Below, in pieces: positions 38,283 through 53,560 of a stretch of 64,000 nucleotides of DNA. Positions within the stretch are counted from its first letter, which is position 1. Every line of letters begins with the position of its first letter. Below the pieces are notes generated by a model. The model worked only from the letters and a program-made list of their open reading frames with translations. It did no database searches and was not told the origin of the DNA. This stretch comes from the human T2T-CHM13v2.0 reference genome, Homo sapiens. The position numbers and the translations under genes were made by a program. The stretch lies in the NCBI RefSeq assembly GCF_009914755.1, contig NC_060929.1; one strand, given 5' to 3'.

Positions 38283-38287
38283 TGTGT
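38245..38287. repeat. (TG)n microsatellite
   Basis: About 15 perfect TG units, then an interrupted run. Confidence 0.97.
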
Positions 38288-39559
38288 AAAAGAGAGACAG
38301 ATAAAAGACAGAGAGATATAGTACCTTCAATTTCTTTTGGATTATGTGTTGCTACGTCATTCATTACATGTTGCTATGTCATTCACAGAAACATCAGGAG
38401 TAGACAAGACTGCCTGTTACTGTGTAGCACTCGATCCATTTCTCTTTTGATTTGGAGATGATAAATTAAGGAAACTCTTCTTGGTATGTTCATTTGTGAG
38501 GATGGTCAGTGTAAGAATTAGATGCCAGTGTATGTGTAGATCCTTCATACAAAGCCTAGAACAACCATTTGGAAAATTCAGTGCCAATTTCTTGCAGAAT
38601 AATGTAGTGAAGTGGGTTCCCTGGGTGCCTGGCTGTAGGATGGCAGGTGCCTGGAAATGTAACCAAGAGAACAAAGGGAGAGGCAGGAGGTAAAGGTACT
38701 GGGTTGGGAAAACCAATAAATTATACCGTTTTTTAATTCCCGTCCTGAATTTAAAACCAATTAAGAAATAAAACATGGAAAAGACACTGATGAGGACCAA
38801 ATATTGGTTTTAATAATGATAAAGCTAATTGGAGAATTTGGCTTTAGTTTTCATAACAAAGGACCTGCTAAAACTCAACCCAGGGAAACTTTGGGTCTGA
38901 TAAGCAAATATACTGATCTGGGATGATGACCTTAAATGGGTGGAGAAGAAATAAAAGAAGATTAATCCCCAGTGCTTATAGATGTTTAATAGATGAGGCT
39001 TGTTAATTTACAAACATGGTTCAGTGGTGTCAGATCCTTGCCAACCAACAACAAATACTACACTTTCTATATGGAGAGGAATAGGAAAGGGATGAAGAAA
39101 GAGGCCTGAACATCACTCTGCACGAGAAAACAAAACCAGATAAATGAAGGTTCCTTCCTAATGTTAGTCATCACATATAACCTTTTTACAGAGACTAAAT
39201 GTATATCTAAATGCTGCCTTGTGTTATGATCAAGATAAGTTTAATGTAATGGTTAAAAACTATGGTAATCACATATGTCTGTATATAGAGAAATTTAATC
39301 ATCCTCAAAATATAAAAATGAATTATTTGGACAAATTAGTCAATACTTTGGTTGGTGGTCTATATGTTATATTGAAGTATAAATTATTCCAGCCTTTCAA
39401 ATATATAGATAAATTTTGATTAGTAATGTGATGCCAGAATTCCAGGGATTGTCCATTTCACCCATTGATAATGCTAAGCAACTCTAAGGGACTATGCAGA
39501 AACTAAAAAGGCAGGAAAAAGTCATTCGAACAACAAAAGTCATTCGAGCAAGAAAACAT

Positions 39560-40410
39560 GACCTTTATTCCAGAGTAAAATTTAGTATACATTATTAAAA
39601 GGTTGATATGCGAGCAACTGTGAAAGAAACTAGTGATTATTAAAGCCAGTATGTCCTCATTAAACAAGTTATGTCACAATAACTACATTTTTTTATAACA
39701 AGGTTGTAAGATTAGTAGGCTATGGAAGTTCTAAGAAAAAAATAGAAATAATAAGTGCAAGGGTAACAACAGTGGCAGTAATGTTTACTTTAATCTATTA
39801 AGTCTAAGAGTTAATAGACTTAATTGATAGACTTAAAACAACTGGAATGCTGCCTGATACATGGTAAGAGCTTAAAAACAAACTATTTTTATGATTGTCA
39901 TTATTTTTTAAGAAACTTTAGTTGGGTTAAAATATAACACGTATTATTCATAAAAGATTTTGGAAACGTGTTAAATATTGTCTAAATTGATAAGTTGGAA
40001 CAGATCGGAACAGATTTTATTGTATATAGGTGAATTTGCAACTGGGTCATAATATTGAAAGAATTTAAGATAAAGAAATAAATTCAGTGGCATAATAAAG
40101 GTCTACAATTTAGACTCTTCTCACTGAGCATTTTCATTAATGACTTCAGGAAGGCAAAGTTATTAGATAGAAGATAAAATAAAGCTGAAGGGTAGCAAAT
40201 CAGGAATCCAAGAACTGTTTCTTTCTAGAAAAACAGGCTGAATGGAATAAAATTAATTATAATAGTGAAAATTGAAGAACAGCACACTTAAGTAAAACAA
40301 AAACCCAAAAAAGAACTGTCCATGTGCATTAAGCATCAGTATTACTTAGCATCAGTATTAGTGGGGAGAAAATATTTGTCGAAAAGCAAGCTTATTATGA
40401 GTCAAAAACT
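39560..40410 (+). mobile_element. Ancient CR1/L3 LINE RT-region remnant (MIR-like piece near 39830-39900)
   Basis: gccagtatgtcctcattaaacaagttatgtcacaataactac and agcattttcattaatgactt resemble remembered L3 consensus (cagcatgggttcactaagaacaagtcatgcc; aacatttttatcaatgacttgg). Confidence 0.65.
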
Positions 40411-40561
40411 GTAAAATAAATCTTCAATAAAATAAAGCAATTCTGAGCTTCACTAAATTCTAATTTGTTCTATGTGTCAGAGGTATTGAATAAACATCAA
40501 TTGATAGAAGATGGGGGAAACCATTTTCACTCAAGCTCTAAACTCACCCTGCCCGTTTATT

Positions 40562-40816
40562 GACCAGGCTGGAGTGCAGTGTCATAACAGCTTTGAATTC
40601 CTGGGCTCAAGTGATCCGCCCACCTCAGCCTCCCCAGAATCTAGAACTACAGGCGTATGCCACTAAGCCTGGCTAACTTTTTTTTTTTTTTTTTTTGCTA
40701 GTGACAAGGGTATTGTTATGTTGCTCAGGCTTATCTTAAACTCCTGGCCTCAAGTGATCCTCCTGCCTCAACTTCCTAAATAGTTGGGACTAGTGGCATG
40801 CGCCATTGCACCCAGT
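40562..40816 (-). mobile_element. AluJ-like, lacking tail
   Basis: ttcctgggctcaagtgatcc in the right arm; diverged. Confidence 0.88.
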
Positions 40817-41119
40817 ACTAAAGTTAAACTTTCTAAAGATTAATTGAAACTATCCAAAGTGGAATGCCCACGTTTGGGGAGCAGTTTATTCTCAATCTTT
40901 AGAGTACTTTGAGCAGTACCTGGAAACCTTGTATAGCCAGAGTTTCATAATCTAAGGTCAGAAATAAATAAAGAGGTTGTTTAGAAAATAAGGATGACTG
41001 GAACCTACTCCTTTATATTCTGATCCAAGAAGCCTGAAGTGGGTACAAGCTTCTCATCTGCTTTCTTTTGTATTTACTATTTACTTTTTTTTTCTTTTTA
41101 CAACACTGTTCCTGTTGAT

Positions 41120-41745
41120 AACCCAGGAGTGGAAATCTGACCTGGATTGTGGATCAGACAAGGCATTCCTAAAGCACTTAACGTGATAGAGATCTGAAAC
41201 ATATGTAAAGAGGGCTTATAAGGGCGTTCCAGGCAGATGGAACAGCATGTGCAAAGCCTCTGTGGTAGGCAAAAAGCATAATATGATGAGTAATTAAAAG
41301 ACAGCGGGAGTGGCCAGAACAGAATGTGAAAGAGAAAATGGAGAGATGAGACTGGAGAGGTCTATATTACTGACAACACACGGCCTTGTAGTTCATGTTC
41401 ACAATTTTGACCTTTGTCTAAAAGCAATAGGAAGCCACTGAACAGTGTCAATTAGGAAGGTGACATGACTGGATTATGATTTTGAAAGGCTTGCCCTGTC
41501 TGCGGGGTGGTTAATAGATTGGAGAGGGACAAAAGATTATACCAGAAATTCAGATAGATGTCTATCTCAGTGGTCCAGTTAACAGATTAATGATCATTTA
41601 TTTTGATAAGGTGACAAGGGAGATGAAAAAATTGATGAAAAATTGATGATAAAGTGATGAATTCAAAAGATATTTGCAAATTAATATCAATAGGACTTAA
41701 TGAAAGGTTGAGGATGGGATTGGAGTAGAAAAAAGTTTCAAGGCC
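41120..41745 (-). mobile_element. L2 fragment
   Basis: gttccaggcagatggaacagcatgtgcaaagcc; gcaataggaagccactgaa. Confidence 0.8.
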
Positions 41746-41749
41746 CTGT

Positions 41750-42660
41750 TCTTTCAGGGAATATTTATGAAACCACTACTATGTGTTGGGTACTGTTGTA
41801 GGACTTAGGGGTACACCAGTGAACAAGATGAACAAGGTCCCTGAGTTTGTGAAGCTTACTTATCAGTGGAGAAGACACATAAACACATAAAGAAATAATA
41901 AAATAATAAAATAATCACATGTACTTTGAGGAAAATAAAATGCTGTGACGTGATAGAGAGTCGTTGAAGAAATGTTTAAATTAGTGGTAGCTAGAGAGCA
42001 TCTCAAAGAGTAGTTAAGTGTTAAGCTGAAACCTCAATAACAAGAAGGAACTCATCATACGAAGAAATAGAACTGGAGCCTTCCAGACCAAACCAAAAAT
42101 AGGCAGTGCAGATGTCCTAATGGAAGAACAAGTCTAATGTCTTTAAGGAAAAAAATAAGGCTACTTTGTTTGGAAAGGAATGAGGAGGGATGCCATGGAA
42201 AGAATGACGGTTGGAGAGGCAGGGCTAGATCATGTAGGGCCTGGTAGATCATGATAAACAGTTTCAACTTCATGCAATGCCTATGTAAAAGTAAGTATAA
42301 AGGCTTTTTTTTGGTTGTTTGTTTGTTTTAATAGGAAGGTCATCAAGATCCTATTGCAGCAATTCAGAAGGGAAGCAATGATAGTGATTTGGACTAGTGA
42401 ACCATTAGTGGAAAATGGAGAAAATGAATACAATTGGGATTATTTTGAGGGTAAAAAAGGAAGAATTTGTTGTTGGATTAGATGTGGGGGTTCAAGAAGG
42501 ACAGCCCTCTTTCTCAGTTTTTAGTTGAACAACTGAGAGGATAGTATCATATCCTTAGAGGAGGAAGACTTAGGAGAAAAATGTTTTTCAGACAGGGAAG
42601 GAAGAATAAATAATTTCAGATCATCCATGTTGTTTAAGATGTCTATTATACACCCAAGTG
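41750..42660 (-). mobile_element. L2 3' portion
   Basis: ctactatgtgttgggtactg...cagtgaacaaga; agatcatgtagggcctggtag. Confidence 0.8.
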
Positions 42661-43778
42661 TACATAAAACTTTGATCAAGACTAGAGATATTATCTAGTT
42701 TGCATATCTAGATAGATGGTGCTGCCTTTTATTGATATAAGAAATCTTGTCTGAAGTGCTACTTAATGAAGTGTGTGGTCCAATGAGATACTAAGCATTA
42801 AAAAGGTAAAGTAAGTATACTGCTGAATTCATTAGTAGCAACCTTGCAATGGTGCTATTAGCTTTCCTAAATAAAGAAGGCTGCTGGGTTTTTTTGTTAG
42901 TCTGTTTTTTGGAGATGTCAGCAGGTACAGGAAATGGGAAGAATGTGTCTTATTTGTTAATCTCATTTTTTTTCAGTAAACTAGCTTAATTTCAGAATTT
43001 CAATTAGGGTCATTCCTCCTCTGCATAATCAATTTCTGATTTGGAGTCTTTATTATTTATTTATCTATATTATAAATAATATAATAAATATTTATTATAA
43101 TTATAGTAAATGTACAGTGGCATCTCATTATGATTTTAACTTGCATTTTCCTGGAAACTAATGACGTTTGTCATTTTTTTCTGTACTTATTGGCTATTTG
43201 TATATATTCCTTGGAGAAATGTCTATTCAAATTTTTGCCCATTTTTAAATTGGGTGGTATTTTTGTTGTTGAATTGTAACAGTTAATTATGTATTCTGGT
43301 ACTAGATCTTTATTAAATATATGATTTGAAAATATTTTCTCCCATTTGGTGAATTGTCTTTTCACTTTCTTGATAGTGTGGTGGATGCATGAAAGTTTTT
43401 AATTTTGATGAAGTTCAGTGTATCTATTTTTCTTTTGTTATTTATGCTTTTGATATCATATCTAAGGATCCTTTGCCAAATCAGATTCATGAAGGTTTAC
43501 TCCTGCGTTTTATACTGAAACATTTATAGCTTTACATCTTACATTTCGCTCTTTTGATCCATTTTGAATTAACTTTTGTATATGGTGTAAGGAAAGGGCC
43601 TAACTTGATTGATTGATTGATTTCGCAAGTGGCTATCCAGTTCCAGCATCATTTGTCAAAAAGACTATTTCCACTTTGGATGGTTTTGGCACACTTGCTA
43701 AAAACCAGTTAGCCATATATGAATAGATTTATTTCTGTATTCTCAATTACATTCCATTGATCTATCATAGCCATTATC

Positions 43779-44090
43779 TTTGTTTTTTGTTTTTTTTTTG
43801 TTTTTGTTTTGTCTTTTGTGAGGCGGAGGTGTGCTCTGTCACCTAGGCTGGAGTGCATTGGTACGATCTTGGCTCACTGCAACCTTCGCCTCTGAGGTTC
43901 GAGCAATTCTCCTGCCTCAGCCTCCTGAGTAGCTGGGGTTACAGGCACCTGCCACTACGCCTGTTTTGTTTGTTTGTTTGTTTGTTTTTGTTTTTGTTTT
44001 TTTAGTAGAGATTCGGTTTCATCATGTTGGTCAGGTTGGTCTTGAACTCCTGACCACAGGTGATCTACCCACCTCGGCCTCCCAAAGTGT
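43779..44090 (-). mobile_element. AluS-like, 5'-truncated, linker expanded to (TTTG)n
   Basis: Alu body ends at cccaaagtg; linker 43963-44004 is a microsatellite. Confidence 0.93.
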
Positions 44091-44220
44091 TTATACCAAT
44101 ACTACACTGTCTAAACTTTGCTTTGTAGTGAGTTTTGAAATCAGGAAGTGTTAGCCATTCTACTTCTATTCAAAATTGTTTTAGTTATTTGGAATTTTTG
44201 AAATTTTAGAGTCAGCTTGT

Positions 44221-44497
44221 CTTTTTTTTTTTTTTTTTTTAAGATGGAGTCTCACTCTGTTGCCAGGCTGGAGTGCAGTGGCAAGATCTTGATCACTGCA
44301 ACCTCCGCCACCCGGGTTCAAGCTATTCTCCTGCCTCAGCCTCCTGAGTATCTGGGACTACAGGCATGTGCTACCATGCCCAGCTAACGAGGTTTCACCA
44401 TTTTGGCCAGGATGGTCTTGACCTCTTGACCTCATGATCCGCCTGCCTCAGCCTCCCAAAGTGCTGGGATTATAGGCGTTAGCCACCACGCCCGGCC
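44221..44497 (-). mobile_element. AluSc-like with deleted central A-rich linker
   Basis: cccagctaa|cgaggtttcacc junction; TSD cagcttgt (44213-20, 44498-505). Confidence 0.94.
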
Positions 44498-46169
44498 CAG
44501 CTTGTTAATTTTTAAAAGAAGTCATTTTGATACAGATTGCATTAAACTTGAGATCAGTTTGGGGACTGTTCCCTTCTTAACAATATTATGTCTTCCAATC
44601 CATGAACATGGGATATTTTTTCAATTATTTAGATCTTCTTTAATTCCTCTCTACACATTTTGTGGTTTTCACAATATAAATTTTTCACAGCTTTGTTAAA
44701 TTTATCCCTAAGTATTTTAATTCTTTGGATGCTCTTATACACAGAATTATTCTCTTAATGTCATTTTCAGATTATTCATGGCAAATGTATCAGAATCTTT
44801 GTATATTGATTTATTTTGTAACCTTGCTGAACTAATTTATTAATTGTAATAATAGTTTTTAGTGCATTCCTTAGGATTTTCTATCTACAACTTCATGTCA
44901 TCTATGAACCAGGATAATTTTACTTCTTCCTATCCAGTATGAATGCCTTTATATTCATTTATCTTTCCTAATTTCCTTAGCTAGATTTTATAGTACAATA
45001 TTTAATACAAGTGTCAAGAGCAGGTGTCTTTGTCCTGTTCCTGATATTGTAGGGAAACCATTCAGTCCTTCACAATTAAGTATGAGGTTAGCCAGAGGTT
45101 TTTTATAGACCTTCTTTATCAGTTAAAGATGTTTCCTTCAATTTCTAGTTTGTTGAATTTTTAAAAAATCATGAAATAGTATTGGAGTTTTCTGAATCTA
45201 TGATCATATATTTTTCTGAATCATATGCTCTTCCCTTTTTATTCATTCATATAATGTATTACATTAATATTCAGTTGTTAAACCAATCTTGCATTACTAG
45301 AATAATGGTCCTATATGGTCATGATGTAAAATTATTTTTTATATATTGCTGGATTCAGTTAGATAGCATTTTGTAGAAGATTTTTGCATCTTCAGTCATA
45401 AGAGATATTGGTCTCTAGTTTTCTTGTGATGTCTTTGCCTAGTTTGGTTACCAGGGTAATACTGGCCTCATAGAATGAGTGGAAAGTATTTCCCCTTCTT
45501 CTATTTTAGGGAAGAGTTTGTGAACAATTGGTACTACTTTAAAAATATGCCTGGTGGAATTCAGCTTGAAGCCACCTGATCCTGAGCTTTTGTTTGAGGA
45601 TAGTTTTTTTTTTTTAATTACTACTTTAATACCTTTACATAATATATCTCCATTCAGGTTGTCTATTTCTTCTCAAGTCAGTTTTGCTAGCATGTGTCTT
45701 TCTAAGTTATCTAAGTTATCTAATTGGTTGACATACAGTTATCATAGTATTAATTTATAACCCTTTTTATTTCCTGTAGGTTCAGAATTAATGTCCCCTA
45801 ATTTGAGTCTTCTATCTTTTTCATCAGTCATTTAGCTAAAGATTTGTCAATTTTATTGATCTTTTTAGAAAACCAACTTTTGGTTTATTTTATCTATTGC
45901 TTTTTTATTCTCGAATTCATTAATTTCTGCTCTAACTTTTCTTATTTCCTTTCTTCTGCCTGCTTTAGGTTTAGATGGCTCTTCTTTTTCCAGTGTCTTA
46001 AAGTAGAAGGTTAAGTTATTTATTTGGCTCTTTCTTCTTTTTTAATATAGGCATCTTCAGCTTTACATTTTCCTCTAAGCAGTGCGTTAGCTGCATACCG
46101 TACATTTTTATATGTTGTATCTTTGTTTTAATTCATCTCAAAGTATTTTCTGAGTTCCCTTTTGTTTTT

Positions 46170-47314
46170 GTCTGTTTTTTAAAAGTCATTTCAACTTTTA
46201 TTTTAGATTCAGTGGGTGTGTATGCAGGTTTGTTATATAGGTATATTACACGATGCTGAGGTTTGGGGTATGGATAATCCCATCATTCAGATAGAGAGCA
46301 TAGTACCAAACAGGTAGTTTTTCAGCCCACAGTCCCCTCCTTCTCTCTCCACTCTGGTAGTCCCCAGTGTCAGTTGTTTCTATCTTTACATCTATTTGTA
46401 CTAAATGCTTAGCTCCCACTTAGAAGTGAGAGCACATGGTATTTGATTTTCTGTTCCTGCATTAATTTGCTTAGCATAATGGTCTCCAACTGCATCCATG
46501 TTGCTGCAAAAAACATGATTTCTCTTTTTTTATGGCTGTATAATAGTCCATGGTGTATACATACCACATTTTCTTAATCTAATCCACCATTCTTGGGTAC
46601 CTAGGTTGATTTCATGTCTTGTTATTGTAACTAGCACTGCAATGAACATACCAAGTGCATGTATCTCTTTGGTAGAATGATTTGTTTTCCTTTGGGTAGA
46701 TACCCTGTAATGGGATTTCTGGGTTGAATGGTAGTTCTGCTTTAAGTACTTTGAGAAATCTCCAAACTGCTACCCACAGTGGTAGTACCAATTTACACTG
46801 CTACCAACTGTGTATAAGTGTTCTCCTTTCTTTGTAGCCTTCCCAGCATCTGTTGTTTTTAGAATTTTTAACAAAGGCCATCCTGACTGGTGTGAGAGGA
46901 TATTTCATTGTGGTTTTGATTTGCATTTCTCAAATGATTAGTGATGAGCATTTATTTCATATGCTTGTTGGCTGCATTTGTGTCTTTTGATAAGTGTCTG
47001 TTCATGTACTTTGTCCATTGTTTAACGGGGTTGTTTTTTCCTTGTTGATTTGTTTAAGTTACTATAGCTTTTGGCTATTAGACTTTTGTTAGATACATAG
47101 TTTGTGAATATTTTCTCCCATTCTGTAGGTTGTCTGCTTACTGTTAACAGTATCTTTTGCTTTGCAGAAGTTATTTAGCTTAATTAGGCCCCAGTTGTCA
47201 AGTTTTGTTTTTGTTGCAATTGCTTTTTGTGACTAAGTCACAAATTACTTGCCAAGGCCAGTGTTCAGAATGGTATTTCCTGGTTTTCTTCTAGGATTTC
47301 TATAGTTTAAGGTT
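46170..47314 (-). mobile_element. 5'-truncated L1PA16-like
   Basis: gatgctgaggtttggggtatggat 3'UTR; 19-bp TSD tgagttccctttt(g/a)ttttt at 46151-69 and 47315-33. Confidence 0.92.
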
Positions 47315-48768
47315 TGAGTTCCCTTTTATTTTTTGACTTATTGGTTATTTAGGAGCATGTTAATTTGCACATATTTATGAGGTTCTCAAATTTCCTCTTG
47401 CTATTGATTTCTAACTCCATTCCATAGCAGTAGGAGAACATACTTTATATTATTTGCATCCTTTGAAATATATTGAGCCTCAATTTATGGCCTAGCATAT
47501 GGTCTATTCTAGACAATGTTTTTGGTGAACTTGAAAATAATATTTGCTGTTGCTGTTGTGTTCTGTAGATATCTGCTTTTTAAAAAAATTTTGACACATA
47601 AAGATTACACATATTTATGGTGTATATAGTAATGTTGCGATACACATATTACATAGTGATGAGATCAGGGTAATTTGCATATCTTTTTCTTTTATCTAGT
47701 TGTCTATAGCTGTTCTCACTTGCAAACTAGCTAGCCTACATTTTAGCTAGTATCTTGAATCTCTTCCTAATATGCTTTTACTACAACCTGCACTGTTTCT
47801 GAGAGTGCCCTTAAGCTTGACTTTCTCCCTGCTCTGTCGCAAATGAAATCAATTTCTTTGAGAATAAATTAGGAACTATCTGTTTCACGGCCCACTTTTC
47901 CCTCCAGGTGAAATCTGTAAACCAGGACTCTAGAGCTGGAAGAGGGAAAAATAGCAAGCTTTTCTCCAAGTGTCTACCTTTCCCTAGGAAGTGAGTGCTT
48001 CTGGAGTGGGGTTAGGGGGCAGCCAGAGGTCCTTTCCTTTACCTCTTCTGGCTGAACAAGGGCAAAGGTGATCAGGGCCTCAGGCTTCTCACATCACTAT
48101 GCCTTATGTAAAGCTTCCATTCTATGAGTGGAGGCTCTGAGGCAGCATCTCAATGACACCCAGGACTTAGCCTCAGCAACAGGTAGCTGAGGGCAGCATG
48201 AGAAATGCTGATGTCCTACTCCTCCCAGGATACATATACAAAAAAATGATTTCTGACTCAGAGCTTTGGGGAGAGGGAGCCCTGTGCTTTTGACTGCAGC
48301 AATCTAGAGTGAAGTCTTTACCTTGCTGAGCTGGGAGGGGGTAGTAAGGGAACAGTCTTGCTTCAGATACCACAGATGCTCACCTTTTAAAATAGATTTT
48401 CTTTAATTGCTGTTTCTCCATATGCTATTTATCCTTACAACCATTTCCAGAGGCTTTACATGGTTATGTTTTAAAATTGATTTCACCAGTTTCAATAAAG
48501 GTGGGTCAGTGAAGCCTCTCACACTGTCATTCTGGCAGTCAACGCCTAATATACGGTTCTAAACACTTTACCTCTGGTATTCAGTGTTTATGATTATAGT
48601 TCTATAAGAGTCATTTGAATAAGTGTTACTTGGCCCTCAAAGGGAATAAGAATTCTCTTTTGTCTTAAAAAAAAAAAAAAAGAAATGAAATAAAACAAAA
48701 AATAAAACAAAATCTGTCTTGGGGGATTTTATGTTACATGAAATTCTGCCTTAACAATTTAATGAAAG

Positions 48769-49091
<323 letters not shown>

Positions 49092-49499
49092 TCATTTAGT
49101 GTTGGTATGTAGGTTGGTAAGAGGTATGCAAATTGCATACCAAAACAGACCTTTCCTCCCACATTCTAAAACTCCTGCTGAGATTGACTCGTCTTTCTAG
49201 ATTTTTGTAGTTGGTTCTCACAGTGCTACTGTAGGCAAGTGTCTACTTTAGTCCTTGACCGTAAACGCTAGGGCGTAAATAAAGAATATATTTAGATTGT
49301 TGGTAATATATCACCTCTATCAAAAATGTGGCTGAATTGCAAGCTCTTGTTACAGAATGAACAGCAGTCTTTACAAGAAGCAGCAGCACAATATTAACAT
49401 CATCATAGTCACTGTGTGCTCTACCAAGGAGAATCTCCTTCACACAAAGGGATCATCACTGAATACATGGGGATGACTCTAGCTTCAGAGTGTGTGCAG

Positions 49500-49660
49500 C
49501 ACAGTAGAGAGAGCACTGGAGTAGGTTTTCACCCTAAATGTATTGTTAATTAACTCTGTGACTTTGAGAAAGTTATCCAAACCTCTAGACCTCAGTCTAC
49601 TCATTTATGGTGTGAGGGGATTGAATGAGATGATCCTGTTCATCTTCAGTAATCTATGAC
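49500..49660 (+). mobile_element. MIR fragment
   Basis: ctctgtgactttgagaaagttatccaaacctctagacctcagtctactcattt. Confidence 0.7.
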
Positions 49661-51179
49661 TGCATGTGATATTAGGTGCACTTGTGGGACATAAGAAAAT
49701 AGAACCAATAATTCCTGCCCACAAATTTTGAAAGATATAATATGATAACCAAGAAAATATTTAAACATATAAGGAATTATGGCAAATGTTAAACAGTATA
49801 GAAAATAATTCTCTCATGGTCAAATAAGGATATTTTGTGGATATAAATCACCTATAAATTCTAGGTATCTGTTTAGCTTTCAGTAACTCTAAAGAGCTAA
49901 ACTGTGGGAGGGCGAGGTCATTTCCCCAAGAGCAAATTGTGAGTTCCACAGAAATCTCAGCAATAGGGGGAAAGATTCATAACAAACTCTAGTATTTCAG
50001 AATACATAATAAAAGACATTTAATTACAAAAAATGTAATTTTAATTACAGAATCTATTAAATACAGTGAAAAATCTAGCTGCAGTGCAATACTGACACCT
50101 TAGCCAGTAACAGGCTTAAAATGAAACAGCAGAAAAATTGATTTCTACCTGTAACTACCTTTGGTTTCTTTTATTGGCTCAATGATGCAGGTATAACAGA
50201 ATCAAACAAGTAATTGCTGATGGCTCCTATCAACTCCTGCCTGTATCTCTAAGGTGTCAGAAGTGGAAATAGTTGCTCTTATGGGTAATGGCATATATGG
50301 GACCATTTGTCTATTTTGAAAGCTTTATGAATCATTTTCAAATTATTTTCCTTGATACATTGTAGTATCAGCTATTGTAGCCCTCTTCTGCTTTCCTTGT
50401 TTAGTTGCACCTCCATGCTCCATGTTCTTACTCATTTTGGATACAACTAAATGTCCCATAGTGAGTCACTTTTCATAATTAGCTAGCTTAAGGGAATAGG
50501 TTTTATTTTTAGTGGTTTTCCCTATAATTTATTTTCTGCGTAATAGAGGAAAGAGATTTGAATGTGCTGTAAAATTTGTAGATGCTAAAACTCATTTTAG
50601 TTGAGTCATGCAGTTAGAATAATTTTAAGCTAGGATTTGATGTAACTGCTTTTATTGCACCTACACTATGATTTCCTTAACAAAAACGTTTTTTTGAACT
50701 ATTATTTGCATTATAGTATCCTGTGAGTTCAAAAGCAATTAGGCTATGGCTAAGAGAAATGAGCTAGAAACAATAAATAAAATCTATCTCTTTTAGTCAA
50801 AACTTGCCTACAGCTAGATTTTATAATTTGGCATTATATCATACAGGGGAAAAAACAACTTACTTGGGAGTAAAAAAAATTAGCCAAATTAGACATCCAC
50901 TATTCAGTGGATTTTTTAAAATATTGTTTTAAATAAAATTCAGTGGGTTGAATTCAACTGAGTTAACGTGTTCTCAATATGAAGGCATAGTTTTTGTGTT
51001 TGCAGAAATTCAGAGTGTATAGTTCCAATAGTCTGCAAGATTAAATGTCTAAAAGTGGAATTTTACATATTTTATGATTAAGGCCCAGCCTGCCTTTCTG
51101 CAGGCAACTGAATCTAGATGTTTTCAAGGAACTCTCATTTTACATCAGTAATTTATTGGCCAAATTTAAATTTTAAGTT

Positions 51180-53460
<2,281 letters not shown>

Positions 53461-53560
53461 TCCATACATTTCTAAACAAACTCCTAGCTGTTTATGTTAA
53501 CATTACATTATCTTTCTATAGACATCATTTAATTATGTTTCAAATTTCTATCTGAAGATA

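Larger units (their letters stand above)
43110..48540 (-). mobile_element. Long old L1M (ORF2 plus 5' pieces), host to two Alus and an L1PA16
   Basis: Continuous antisense ORF2: ttggagaaatgtctattcaaa, tcttccaatccatgaacatggg, tactggcctcatagaatgagt. Confidence 0.82.

Noticed and set aside
43080-43099. 20-bp perfect palindrome tataataaatatttattata
   Set aside because: Low-complexity AT sequence, too short to be a PATRR.
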